Shown: one piece after another, positions 23,471-33,262 of the stretch | Position numbering within the stretch: the first letter of the stretch is position 1 | Layout: every line of letters starts with the position of its first letter | The notes under the pieces: generated by a model | Told to the model about the DNA's origin: nothing | The model's database searches: none | The model's input: only the letters and a program-made list of their open reading frames with translations | Assembly (NCBI GenBank): GCA_049840735.1 | Contig: JASGJN010000013.1 | Coordinates: 1-64,000 of the forward strand | Origin: Anaeromyxobacter sp. | GTDB lineage: Bacteria > Myxococcota > Myxococcia > Myxococcales > Anaeromyxobacteraceae | Length of the DNA stretch: 64,000 nt | Reading direction: 5' to 3' | Program-made: the position numbers and the translations under genes

Positions 23471-25014
23471 GTGCCGACCCCTGCCCCGAGCCCCACCCCG
23501 CCGCAGGCCGCCCCCGCGCCGGCGCGCCACCCGCGCCTGGACCGGTGGGCGCTGCTCCTGCTGGGCGCCGTCACCCTCTTCCACGTCGCCTACGCCGGCT
23601 GGTTCGGCCTCTCGCCCCAGGAGGCCTACTACTGGTCCTGGGCCAAGCGGCTCGACCTCTCCTACTTCGACCACCCGCCGCTGGCCTCCTGGACCATCGC
23701 CGCCACCACCGCGCTGTTCGGCGACGGCGAGCGGGCCATCCGGCTGGCCGCCGCCTTCCACTCCGCCGTCTTCGGCGCCTTCTTCTGGCTCGCCGCGCGC
23801 CGGCTCTTCGGCTCGCGCACCGCCCTGCTGGCGCTCTGCGCCGGGCTGGCCATCCCGCTCTTCGCGCTGGGCCAGGTGATCATCACGCCGGACGGACCGC
23901 TCCTCTCCGGCTGGGCCATGGCGCTCTACTTCACGGTGCGCGCGCTGGACGAGGAGCGCGCCCCCTGGCTGCTGGCCGCCGGCGCGGCGGTGGGCTGGGC
24001 CATGCTTGGGCAAGTACACCGGCGCGCTGCTCCTCCCGCAGCTCCTGGCCGTGCTGCTGCTCGACCCGCGCGGCCGGCGCCTGCTGCGCACGCCCTGGCC
24101 CTGGCTGGGCGTGGTCCTGGCCCTGGCGCTCTTCTCGCCGGTGCTCTTCTGGAACGCCGCCCGCAGCGGCGCCAGCTTCGCCTTCCAGACCGGCGAGCGG
24201 GTGGCCCACTCCGGCTTCCGCCCCCAGCTGCTGGGGCGCTACCTGGGGCTGCAGGCCGCCATCGTCACGCCGCTGGCGCTGGGGCTGCTGGTGGAGGGGC
24301 TGGTGCAGGCGGCGCGGCGCTGGCGTGAGCCGGCCTTCCGGATCTGCGCGCTCTTCGGCCTGCCGCTGCTCTGCCTGGCCACCGTCATCGCCCCGTTCCA
24401 CTGGGTGAAGATGAACTGGCTGGCCGCCGTCTACCCGACCGCGCTCATCGCCGCCGCGGCCCTGGCGCTCGCCTCCCGCGACGCGGCCCGCGCCTCCGGC
24501 CGGCGCCCCTGGCGCTGGTGGCTGGGCGGCGCGGGGCTGGGGCTGGCCCTGGTGGGCTCGGTCTACCTGCACGCCGCCTCGGCCTCCACGGCCGTGCCGC
24601 TGCCCTACAAGGCCAAGGACGACCTCTCCTCCGGCTGGACCGAGCTGGCGGCGCGGGTGGAGGCGGAGCGCCGGGCGGCCGGGCCGGACGCCTTCGTGGC
24701 CGGCTGCAGCTACAAGGTCTCCGCCGAGCTGGGCTACTACCTGCCCGGCCGGCCCCGCACCTGGTCCAACGAGATCACCGGCGACCCGGGCCTGCAGTAC
24801 CGCTACTGGTTCGATTCCGGCCGAGCTGCAGGGGCGGACCGGCGTGGTCATCCTCGACCCGCGGGAGAAGGACTTCTGCCGCCGCCTGGAGGAGGCCTGC
24901 CGGCCCCTGGAGCCGCTCCAGCCGCTGACGGTGACGCGCGGCGGTGAGCCGGTGACGACGTTCCAGCTCTGGCGCTGCCGCTACGCGGGGCCGCCGGGGC
25001 GCAGCCTGCGGTGA
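23471..25014 (+). CDS. ArnT/PMT-family (GT-C) glycosyltransferase (frameshifts near 24010 and 24820)
   Basis: EAYYWSWAKRLDLSYFDHPPL, ITPDGPL, GKYTG, FSPVLFWNA; multi-pass membrane protein. Confidence 0.88.
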
Positions 25015-25939
25015 GGGGGGCGCCGGGGCGGCCCGCGGCGCCCCGCGCCCGCGCCAGGCACGCCGCCCCCAGCAGGCAGGCCTCGCAGCGCGCCGGGTCC
25101 CGCCGGGCGGGGCACAGGCCGCTCATGCCCATGTGGCAGAGCGCGAAGTCGAAGCGGACCGGGTCGTCCGGGTCCAGCCGGCGCAGCGAGGCGGTGATCT
25201 CCTCGGCCGTGCGCCAGCTGGCGTCCTTGCGGCGCGTGAGGCCCAGCGCCCGGGCCACCCGGTGCACGTGGGTGTCGAGCGGCACCACCAGCGCAGAGGG
25301 CGGCACGCCGGGCCAGAGCCCCAGGTCCACGCCGTCCGGCCCGCGTACCATCCAGCGCAGGTAGAGGTTCCAGCGCTTGCTGGCACCCGGGCCGGCCGGG
25401 TCGGGCAGCAGGTGCCGCAGGCCGCGCAGCCCCCGCCCGCGCAGCAGCGCCGCCGTGTGCGGCCCCTCCCGCAGCTCGGCCGCGAAGGCCGCCAGCGCCG
25501 GGCGCAGCGCCTCCGGCCCTCCGCCGGCCTCGCGGAACAGCGCCGCGAAGCGCGCCCCCAGGCCGCCGTGGCGGCGGCGCAGCTCGCCGATGCCGGCCAC
25601 CAGGGCGGCCAGGTCGGGCGGGCGGTTGAAGCGGTAGACCACGCCCTCGAAGGCGGCCGGGTCGGGCGCGGCGGCGAAGGCCTCGGCGAAGCGGGCCGGC
25701 GAGGGGCCCATGGCGTGGAGCGCGCGGGCCACCACCGGCTTGAAGACGTCGGCCCGGCCATAGGCCAGGCTCACCGCCAGAAGCCCGGCCACCTCGGCGT
25801 CGGCCGGGGCCGCGCAGGCGCGCGGGAACTCCACCGGATCGGCCGCCACCCGCGCCGCCCGGTCCAGCGCGCCGTCGAGCCGGTCCAGCAGCGGGCGCAG
25901 CGCGGCGGCGCGGGCGGGGGTCAGGGGCGCGGAGGGCAC
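24848..25939 (-). CDS. TIGR02757/DUF2400 family protein (HhH-GPD glycosylase-like); 3' end uncertain
   Basis: DPVEFP, LAYGR, SKRWNLYLRWMVR, DLGLW, VPLDTHV, DPDDPVRFDFALCH; recognisable similarity ends near 25040. Confidence 0.85.
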   Translation of the reverse strand: MPSAPLTPARAAALRPLLDRLDGALDRAARVAADPVEFPRACAAPADAEVAGLLAVSLAYGRADVFKPVVARALHAMGPSPARFAEAFAAAPDPAAFEGVVYRFNRPPDLAALVAGIGELRRRHGGLGARFAALFREAGGGPEALRPALAAFAAELREGPHTAALLRGRGLRGLRHLLPDPAGPGASKRWNLYLRWMVRGPDGVDLGLWPGVPPSALVVPLDTHVHRVARALGLTRRKDASWRTAEEITASLRRLDPDDPVRFDFALCHMGMSGLCPARRDPARCEACLLGAACLARARGAAGRPGAPLTAGCAPAAPRSGSARAGTSSPAHRRASPSAAGAAPGAGRPPPGGGRSPSPAGRG

Positions 25940-26005
25940 GGCTGACAGATACCGTCGGGGCGGGTTCGGCGCACGTCCAGAGGCGCGTCGCCTGGGGAGC
26001 CGCGC

Positions 26006-26038
26006 CCGCTCGTGGTTCGACAGGCTCACCACGAGCGG
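26006..26038. repeat. REP-like palindrome (TTCGAC..GCTCA family)
   Basis: CCGCTCGTGGT-TCGACAGGCTC-ACCACGAGCGG (11-bp stem), followed by a partial second copy. Confidence 0.75.
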
Positions 26039-26109
26039 CTTCGATCCGACCACGAGCGGGCGCACGAGCTTCCGCCCGCGGTGCGGAGCCAGCCACGCGG
26101 CGAACCGGC

Positions 26110-26152
26110 AAAAGGGGACGGCCCCCCCGCCCCGGAGGGCGAGAGGGCCGTC
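26110..26152 (-). terminator. Intrinsic terminator after the pullulanase gene
   Basis: GACGGCCC..GCCC-TCCG-GGGC..GGGCCGTC hairpin followed by CCCTTTT on minus. Confidence 0.65.
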
Positions 26153-26176
26153 AGGTGCTCCGGTCTGCGCTGCGGG

Positions 26177-29100
26177 CTACTGCAGCGTGACCGACGTGGG
26201 AGCGGTGTCGAGGTCGGTGAGACCCCCCGCGTTCATCGCGGTGACCTGCGCCGCGGAGGGAGCCGGAGCGGCGGAGTGCACCCCGCCCGCGCCCGCGTCC
26301 TTGCCGTAGAGCACGTACACGTTGACGGCGTTGCCCGCCGCGGCCTGGACCGCCGAGTAGTTGATGGCCCACTTGTACACGCCGCCGCCCTGGCCGACCT
26401 GCACCGCGGAGCCGACGTCAGCGCCGACGCCGTTGATGATGCTGTGGCTCGGGCCGGGGTTGAGGGTCGTGCCGCCGCGCCAGCCGGCGAACGCGAAGTC
26501 GATGTTCGCGCCAGCCGTGTTGGCCAGGTTCATGCTGCCCCAGCCCAGCGTGAAGTCGCCGGTCAGGGTGGTGAGGCCGGTCGCCACGTTGGTGTTGTCC
26601 ACGTAGAGGAAGATGTTGTTGCCGGCGTCCACGGGGTTGAACTGGGCCGCGATGTACAGCACGCCGCCGTGGGAGGTGACGTAGACGCGGTCGACCTTGG
26701 CGCCCCAGCCGGTGCCGTCACCGTTGGAGTTGGCCGCCCCGAACATCGGGTCGATGGTCCCGGAGGACATGTCGATCCAGGACACGGTGACCGCGACGGC
26801 GGCGCTCTTGGTGGCGTCGGCGTGGCTGGTGGCCCGCACGTGGCAGGTGCCCGTGGCGGCCGGGGCGGTGTAGACGCCCCCCGCGGTCACGGAGCCGCAG
26901 TCCTGCTCATCGACCGACCAGGTCACGGCCGTGTCGTCGGTGTTGACGACCGTCGCGACGAAGGTCCGCTGCGCGCCCGCCGCCACGGTGGCGGCGGAGG
27001 TGTCCAGCAGCACGCCCACGGCGGGCGGCTCGACGTACACCGACACGGTGCGGGCCGGCGTCGTGAACGTGCCGGTCTCCTTCACGTAGACCGAGCCCTT
27101 CACGACGCTGTCGCTGCCGCCGGCCTGGACCGGGTGCAGCTCCACCGTCTTGCCGGCGTAGTACGGGACCGCCAGCGACTGCGGGGTGGTGGTGGCGTTG
27201 AACACCACGAGGATCGAGCCGAAGGCGTTGTCACCGCAGGAGACGCCGCCGCCGATCTTCATGACGATCACGCCCGGCTTCTGGCCGATGGTCTGGTCGG
27301 GGAAGCTGACGCAGGCCTTGATCTCGGCCGCCGTGGGCAGGTGGAACATCGAGGTGCTCTTGCGGACCGCCAGCAGGTCCTTGAACACCGCGCTGGTCCA
27401 GGCGATGTCGGTCGCCGTCACCTTGCGGCCGTTGTCGGCGAGCGCCGGCCCCGCGACGGCCCAGTTCAGGACGTCGTCGTGGTTGTTGCGCCACGCCGGC
27501 GGCAGGCCGGCGGCCCAGTTGTTCCGGGAGCCGTCCCACCAGATGCGGTTGAAGTAGTCGCCCGAGTCGTAGCTGTCCTGGTCCATCGACTTGGACCGGA
27601 GCAGGTCGTCGCCGGCCTGGAAGAACGGCACGGCCTGCGACAGCATCGGGATGGCCATGCCGAGCGCCTGCACGCGGGCGCGATCGGCCGAGGACGTGTC
27701 CGCCGGCAGCTTGTACTGGCTGTAGTCGAACAGCGTCTGGTTGTCGTGCTTGGACGAGTAGACGATCGTGTCCGCCGGGGCCTCGGCGTAGCCGGCCGGC
27801 TGGCCGTTGTAGTCCACCTGCGCACCCGTGACGCCCTCGCGGAGGACGAAGTCCTTGAGGCTCGCCGCCAGGCCGACCTCGATGAGGTCCTGCAGGTGCA
27901 GGGCGTTCTCCCAGCGGGGGTCGGCCTCGTCGGTGCAGGCGGTGCCCGGGGTGTTGTTCGCGTTCGGCGCGTAGCAGACGCCGTTCACGAAGCCCTGGTT
28001 GGTGATCAGGCTCTGGCCGTTGTCGAACGGGCTGCCGCCGCGGACGGCGTCGCGCAGGCGGTCGTTGAACGTGCCGATGTTCGTGCCGGCCATCCGGGCC
28101 TGGGTGGCCTGGACGAACAGCGCGTCGTTGGCGACGGCGCCGAAGTTCCAGCCCTCGCCGTACACGTAGATGTGGTCACGGCCGTCCGCCTGGGCGACGG
28201 CGTCGAGGTCCTCCTGCGACCGCTGCATGGCGGCCTTGGGGATGAAGCCCATCAGGTCGTGACGGAAGGAGTCGATCTTGTACAGGTCGGCCCAGCGGAC
28301 CAGCGTCTCGCGCATCAGCTTCTCGAACATCACCGTCTCGGTGGCGGTGTCGGAGCAGCAGGTGTCGGAGTAGACGGAGCCGCTGGAGTTGAGGCGGTTG
28401 TAGTAACCGGGGACGATCTTGTCGAGGACCGACTTGTCCGCCTGACCGTTCGCGTTGGTGTGGTTGTAGACCACGTCCATCACCACGCGCAGGCGCATGG
28501 CGTGGAGCGCCTGGACCATCTGGCGGAACTCCTTCACGCGGACGGTGCCGTCGGCGGCGTTCGTCGCGTAGGAGCCCTCGGGCGCGCCGTAGTGGAGCGG
28601 GTCGTAGCCCCAGTTGTAGCAGTCGCCGTTCCGGACCAGCGCCATCGCGTCGGCCGGGGCCTGCGAGTCGCCCGTGGCCGGATCAGCGATGTCCGGGACC
28701 TCGCAGCCGACCTCGTCGATGGTGGCGACGTCGAACGCCGGGAGGATGTGCACGTGGGTGAGGCCCGCCTCGGCCAGCGCGGAGAGGTGGAGCGTGCCGT
28801 CGGACTCGTCCGCGAAGGCGAGGTACTTGCCCTTGTGCGCGTCGACGGCGGACGCGTCGTTGGCGGAGAAGTCGCGGATGTGGAGCTCGTAGATGACCGA
28901 CTCGTTGCCCACGGCGGACGTGCTCAGCAGCTCCTGGCTGTCCCAGCCGGACGGCTTGGTGGCGGCGTCGTTCAGGTCGAGGATCATCGACCGGGCCGAG
29001 TTGGCCGAGAGCGACACGGAGTAGGGGTCGGTGACGGTGTTCTCCACCACGAGGCTGTTGGCCGCGCGGGAGAACACGGCGACCGTGTACGTGTAGTACT

Positions 29101-30244
29101 GACCGTACGAGGTCTGGTCGGGGGCCGTGTAGGACCAGACGCCGGAGGCCGCGTCGAGCACCATGGGGACGGTGCTCGAGGTGCCGCCGGTCGCGGCCGT
29201 ATGGAGGTTCAGGCTGACCGACTTGGCGGTGGGGGCCCAGAGGCGGAAGGTGGGGATGTGCGAGACGGCGATGGCCGCCCTGCGCCCGTTGCGGACGACC
29301 GGGACGGAGTCGAAGCTCACGCCCAACTGCGCGGCCGAGGCGGCCTCACCGTAGAGGTCGTCCAGGACCGGGCCGGTCTGGACCTGCGTGCCGTCGCTGG
29401 CCGCGGCGCCGAGCTGGCCGGCGATGACGAGCTGGCCCGTCAGCATGTTCTTCACGTCGGTGGTGGTCAGGCCGGAGACCTTGACCAGCGTGCCGGCCGC
29501 CCAGCGCGGCCACTTGGCGGCGGCGGCCTCGGAGAGCGTGACGCCCGTGGTGGTGACGTCGTAGCGGGTATAGCTGGCAGGCGGGTTGGTGATGCCGGTG
29601 CTGTCGGCGGTGAGCCCGCCCAGCGGTGCGGCATAGAGCGTGAAGACCTTGCCCTCGGGGCTGAGGCCCGGCCAGGAGAAGATGGCCTCGCCGGCCTCGT
29701 CGTCGAACTCGACGAAGCCCGCCTTCGCGGAGCCGAGGACGATGCCGTCGATCTGCGTCGGCTCGGTCGTGTAGACCGTGCAGTCACCGGACTTCACCCA
29801 GATCTCGGCGCCCGAGGAGGACATGTCCGGCAGGGCGGCGGACTGGTCGCCGCCGCAGTCCTTGGCGGCGTCGCCGGCGCCGTCCGGCTTGGTGATCAGG
29901 AAGCTGATGGCGCGAGCGCCCGCCTCCATCTCGATGTCGGTGTACGAGCCCCAGGTGTCGGTGCTCGCGAACAGCCAGCGGTTGGTGTCCGGCCAGCTCG
30001 AGTGGACCGTGGGGCCCGCCCACGAGTAGACGCCCCACCCCGCGTAGGTCGCGTCGGCGCGGTAGTAGTGCACGCGCAGCGTGTTGGCCGGGATCTCCGT
30101 ATCCGGAGGGCAGCTCGGATCACCCGGACAGACCGGGTCATCATTCGTGTCGTTGCTATCACAGCTGCAGGCGCCGACCATCGCGCCCAGCGCCAGCGCC
30201 ATGAGCGCGCGCAGCAGCCCGCGCCCCATCGAGTGCTTCGTCAT
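26177..30244 (-). CDS. pulA: Lipoprotein pullulanase-type alpha-1,6-glucosidase (GH13) with accessory domains, 1355 aa
   Basis: Signal peptide ending VGAC; FRLWAPTA, IYELHIRDFS, YNWGYDP, DVVYNH, FRHDLMG, YGEGW, SKHDNQT; RBS GGAGGAG. Confidence 0.93.
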   Translation of the reverse strand: MTKHSMGRGLLRALMALALGAMVGACSCDSNDTNDDPVCPGDPSCPPDTEIPANTLRVHYYRADATYAGWGVYSWAGPTVHSSWPDTNRWLFASTDTWGSYTDIEMEAGARAISFLITKPDGAGDAAKDCGGDQSAALPDMSSSGAEIWVKSGDCTVYTTEPTQIDGIVLGSAKAGFVEFDDEAGEAIFSWPGLSPEGKVFTLYAAPLGGLTADSTGITNPPASYTRYDVTTTGVTLSEAAAAKWPRWAAGTLVKVSGLTTTDVKNMLTGQLVIAGQLGAAASDGTQVQTGPVLDDLYGEAASAAQLGVSFDSVPVVRNGRRAAIAVSHIPTFRLWAPTAKSVSLNLHTAATGGTSSTVPMVLDAASGVWSYTAPDQTSYGQYYTYTVAVFSRAANSLVVENTVTDPYSVSLSANSARSMILDLNDAATKPSGWDSQELLSTSAVGNESVIYELHIRDFSANDASAVDAHKGKYLAFADESDGTLHLSALAEAGLTHVHILPAFDVATIDEVGCEVPDIADPATGDSQAPADAMALVRNGDCYNWGYDPLHYGAPEGSYATNAADGTVRVKEFRQMVQALHAMRLRVVMDVVYNHTNANGQADKSVLDKIVPGYYNRLNSSGSVYSDTCCSDTATETVMFEKLMRETLVRWADLYKIDSFRHDLMGFIPKAAMQRSQEDLDAVAQADGRDHIYVYGEGWNFGAVANDALFVQATQARMAGTNIGTFNDRLRDAVRGGSPFDNGQSLITNQGFVNGVCYAPNANNTPGTACTDEADPRWENALHLQDLIEVGLAASLKDFVLREGVTGAQVDYNGQPAGYAEAPADTIVYSSKHDNQTLFDYSQYKLPADTSSADRARVQALGMAIPMLSQAVPFFQAGDDLLRSKSMDQDSYDSGDYFNRIWWDGSRNNWAAGLPPAWRNNHDDVLNWAVAGPALADNGRKVTATDIAWTSAVFKDLLAVRKSTSMFHLPTAAEIKACVSFPDQTIGQKPGVIVMKIGGGVSCGDNAFGSILVVFNATTTPQSLAVPYYAGKTVELHPVQAGGSDSVVKGSVYVKETGTFTTPARTVSVYVEPPAVGVLLDTSAATVAAGAQRTFVATVVNTDDTAVTWSVDEQDCGSVTAGGVYTAPAATGTCHVRATSHADATKSAAVAVTVSWIDMSSGTIDPMFGAANSNGDGTGWGAKVDRVYVTSHGGVLYIAAQFNPVDAGNNIFLYVDNTNVATGLTTLTGDFTLGWGSMNLANTAGANIDFAFAGWRGGTTLNPGPSHSIINGVGADVGSAVQVGQGGGVYKWAINYSAVQAAAGNAVNVYVLYGKDAGAGGVHSAAPAPSAAQVTAMNAGGLTDLDTAPTSVTLQ

Positions 30245-30751
30245 TCGGACTCCTCCACCTGAGGTTGCTTTTCCCTGCGTGAACGTCCTGCGGCCCCGGT
30301 TGCCTCTTGGTGCGTCCCTGCGATGCGACTGACGACTTCCCCTGTCCCCTGGCCGCCGATCCGCTCCTGCCGCCGCCCTCGCGGCGTCGATCCGATCCCC
30401 GGCGCTTCCCGAGCGGCCGCCCGCCTGCCCCCCCGGTGGGCGGGTGGACGGGTGCCTGCCACGGTTCAATGAAGCGTCGTGAACAAGGTCCGAACGGGTC
30501 CTGCGGCTCGAGGGAGCGCCATCCTACGAAGGGCGAATGTCACACCGATTACGCCCTTTCGGGGTGCCCCACTTGCAGTATTGGGATTTCCCGCCCCAAG
30601 ACGCCATAAGTGCCGCAAATAACGGCCCTTTATCTGAACCGCGACACATGGCCGCGCTCCCCCGTCGGGGCCCTTCGTCTCGGGGCTACCGCTGGATCAA
30701 AGCGGCCCGGATGCCCCCGGGCGCGGGAGCTTGCCGGCCGCTGCGCGCCCC

Positions 30752-31402
30752 TCACGGTGCGCCGCCGGCCGCGGCCTGCTCCAGCGCGGCCCTGCGCAGC
30801 GCCGCCGCCGCCTCGACGTCGGGCGCCTCCGGCGCGAGCCGCAGGTACTCGCCGAGCGCGTCGGCGGCCGCCCGCCAATCGCCCGCCGCGGCCAGCGCCT
30901 GGCCCAGCACCCGCCGCGCCACCGGCAGCTCCGGCTCCACCTCCACCGCGCGGCGCGCGTACGGCACCGCCTCCGGCCCCCGCCCCTGCTCGAGCAGGCA
31001 CAGGGCCGCGCGCAGGAGCCCCTCGGCCGCGTCCAGCTCGACCGGCCCCGGGCAGCCCTCCGGCACCAGCGCCACGCCCACGCGCGCCCCGGGGAGCGCG
31101 CCCGGCGGCACGTCGCGCCGCTCCGGATCGTAGCCGGGGGCGGTCACCTCCAGCGCGTGGGGCGCGGCGTCGGTGACGGGCACCGGGACGGCCCGGTCGC
31201 CGGGCCCCAGCGGCTGCCCGTCGAGCACCACCTGCGCGTCCGGCGGCAGCACCTGCACCAGCGCCTCTGCCGGGCGCGTCCCCTCGAACCGCTCGCGGGC
31301 GGCGTGGGTGCACCCGGGCAGCGGCAGGGCGCAGGCCAGGAGCGCCAGCGCGGCCGTGCGCCCGCGGTGAAGCGCCCTGGAAGGAGGTGGCTGCGGCTGC
31401 AT
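30752..31402 (-). CDS. Putative lipoprotein with PEGA-like and TPR domains
   Basis: Hydrophobic leader ending LPGC; PPDAQVVLDG...HALEVTAPGY; TPR-like ARRAVEVEP...LGQALAAAG...YLRLAP. Confidence 0.7.
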   Translation of the reverse strand: MQPQPPPSRALHRGRTAALALLACALPLPGCTHAARERFEGTRPAEALVQVLPPDAQVVLDGQPLGPGDRAVPVPVTDAAPHALEVTAPGYDPERRDVPPGALPGARVGVALVPEGCPGPVELDAAEGLLRAALCLLEQGRGPEAVPYARRAVEVEPELPVARRVLGQALAAAGDWRAAADALGEYLRLAPEAPDVEAAAALRRAALEQAAAGGAP

Positions 31403-31430
31403 CGCGCTCGCGACGGTATATAAGCGGCGC

Positions 31431-33209
31431 ATGCTGGACAAGGCGGCGGTCGCGGCCGCGCTCCGCGAGATGGGCGCGCTGCTCGAGGTGGACGGCGAGA
31501 ACCCGTTCAAGGTCCGCGCCTACGAGAACGGCGCGCGGGCGGTGGAGGCGCTGCCCGACCTGGCGGCGGCGGTGGCCTCGGGGGCGCTGACCGAGCGGCC
31601 CGGCATCGGCGAGGCGCTGGCGCGCAAGATCGCCGAGCTGCACACCACCGGCCGCACCGACCTGCTGGACCGGCTCCGCGCCAGCCACCCGCCGGGCCTC
31701 CTGGAGCTGCTGCAGGTGCCGGACCTGGGGCCGAAGAAGATCGGCGCGCTCCACGCGGCGCTGGGCGTGGCCAGCCTCGACGCGCTGGAGGCGGCCTGCC
31801 GCGAGGGGCGCGTGCGCGGCCTCAAGGGGTTCGGAGAGAAGACCGAGGCGCGCCTCCTGGAGGGCATCGCCCGCGTGCGGGCCCGCGCCGCGGACCGCCG
31901 CGTGCTGCTCTCGGAGGCGCTGGCGGCGGGGGACGCGCTGGTGGAGCACCTGCGCGGCTGCGCGGCGGCGGAGCGGGTGGAGCTGGCCGGCTCGGCCCGG
32001 CGCGGCCGCGAGACGGTGGGCGACCTGGACGTGGTGGCCGCCTCGACCGACCCCGCCGCGGTGGCGGAGCGGCTCTGCAGCTGGCCGCAGGTGGCGGAGG
32101 TGCTGGCCCGCGGCGACACCAAGACCACGGTGCGGCTGGCGGGCGGGCTGCAGGTGGACCTGCGGGTGGTCCCGCCGGAGGACTTCGCCACCCTGCTCCA
32201 CCACCTGACCGGCTCGAAGGCGCACCACGTCCGGCTGCGGGGGCTGGCCCGCGAGCGCGGGTTCACCCTGAGCGAGTGGGGGCTGCACCGGCTGCCGCCC
32301 CGCGCGCCGGACGCGCCGCCGCCGGAGGCCGCCGCGGCCCGGCTCGACCCGGAGGCCAAGGTGCCCATCGCCAGCGAGGCGGCGCTCTACGCGGCGCTGG
32401 GGCTGCAGGAGGTGCCGCCGGAGCTGCGCGAGGACGCGGGCGAGGTCGAGGCCGCGCTGGCCGGGGCCCTGCCCGCCGACCTGGTGGCCGAGGCCGACGT
32501 GCGCGGCCTGGTCCACGCCCACACCACCTGGTCCGACGGCAAGGCCAGCGTGGAGGAGATGGCCCGGGCCGCCGAGGCGCTGGGCATGGCCTACCTCACC
32601 ATCACCGATCACTCCGGCGCGGCCTTCTACGCCGGCGGGCTGGACCTGGACCGGCTGCGCCGGCAGTGGGACGAGATCGACGCGGTGCAGGAGCGCGTGA
32701 AGGTCCGGCTGCTGAAGGGGACCGAGGCGGACATCCTGGAGGACGGGCGGCTGGACTGGCCGGACGAGGTCCTGGAGCGGCTGGACGTGGTGGTGGCCTC
32801 GATCCACTCGCGCATGAAGATGGACGAGGACCAGATGACCCGGCGGCTGGTCGCGGCCATGTCGCTCCCCTGCTTCAAGATCTGGGGGCACGGCCTGGGC
32901 CGGCTGCTGGGCGAGCGCGAGCCCTACGCCTGCCGCGTGGAGGAGGTGCTGGACGCGCTGGCGAAGGCGGGCGGCGCGGTGGAGGTGAACGGCGACCCCC
33001 GGCGGCTGGACCTGGAGCCGCGCTGGGTGCGCGCCGCCCGGGCGCGCGGCGTCCCGCTGGTGCTCTCGGTGGACGCGCACTCCACCGCGGCGCTCCGCTA
33101 CCTGCGCTACGCCGTCCTGACCGCCCGCCGGGGCTGGGCCCGGCGCGGCGAGGTGCTCAACACCCGGCCCGCCGAGTCCTTCGCGGCGGCGGTCCGGCCG
33201 GCGCGCTGA
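31431..33209 (+). CDS. polX: DNA polymerase X with C-terminal PHP exonuclease domain
   Basis: ENPFKVRAY, PGIG, GPKK, AGSARR..VGDLD, VDLRVV, TGSKAH, HAHTTWSDG, TDHS, DAH. Confidence 0.96.
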   Translation: MLDKAAVAAALREMGALLEVDGENPFKVRAYENGARAVEALPDLAAAVASGALTERPGIGEALARKIAELHTTGRTDLLDRLRASHPPGLLELLQVPDLGPKKIGALHAALGVASLDALEAACREGRVRGLKGFGEKTEARLLEGIARVRARAADRRVLLSEALAAGDALVEHLRGCAAAERVELAGSARRGRETVGDLDVVAASTDPAAVAERLCSWPQVAEVLARGDTKTTVRLAGGLQVDLRVVPPEDFATLLHHLTGSKAHHVRLRGLARERGFTLSEWGLHRLPPRAPDAPPPEAAAARLDPEAKVPIASEAALYAALGLQEVPPELREDAGEVEAALAGALPADLVAEADVRGLVHAHTTWSDGKASVEEMARAAEALGMAYLTITDHSGAAFYAGGLDLDRLRRQWDEIDAVQERVKVRLLKGTEADILEDGRLDWPDEVLERLDVVVASIHSRMKMDEDQMTRRLVAAMSLPCFKIWGHGLGRLLGEREPYACRVEEVLDALAKAGGAVEVNGDPRRLDLEPRWVRAARARGVPLVLSVDAHSTAALRYLRYAVLTARRGWARRGEVLNTRPAESFAAAVRPAR

Positions 33210-33262
33210 CCCCACCCCCCGGCTTGCCCTCCAGCCGGCCCCCCCCTACCCTGTCCAGCCGC

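Noticed and set aside
26012..30262. 1416-aa plus-strand ORF
   Set aside because: Antisense shadow of the pullulanase gene, a typical high-GC codon artefact.
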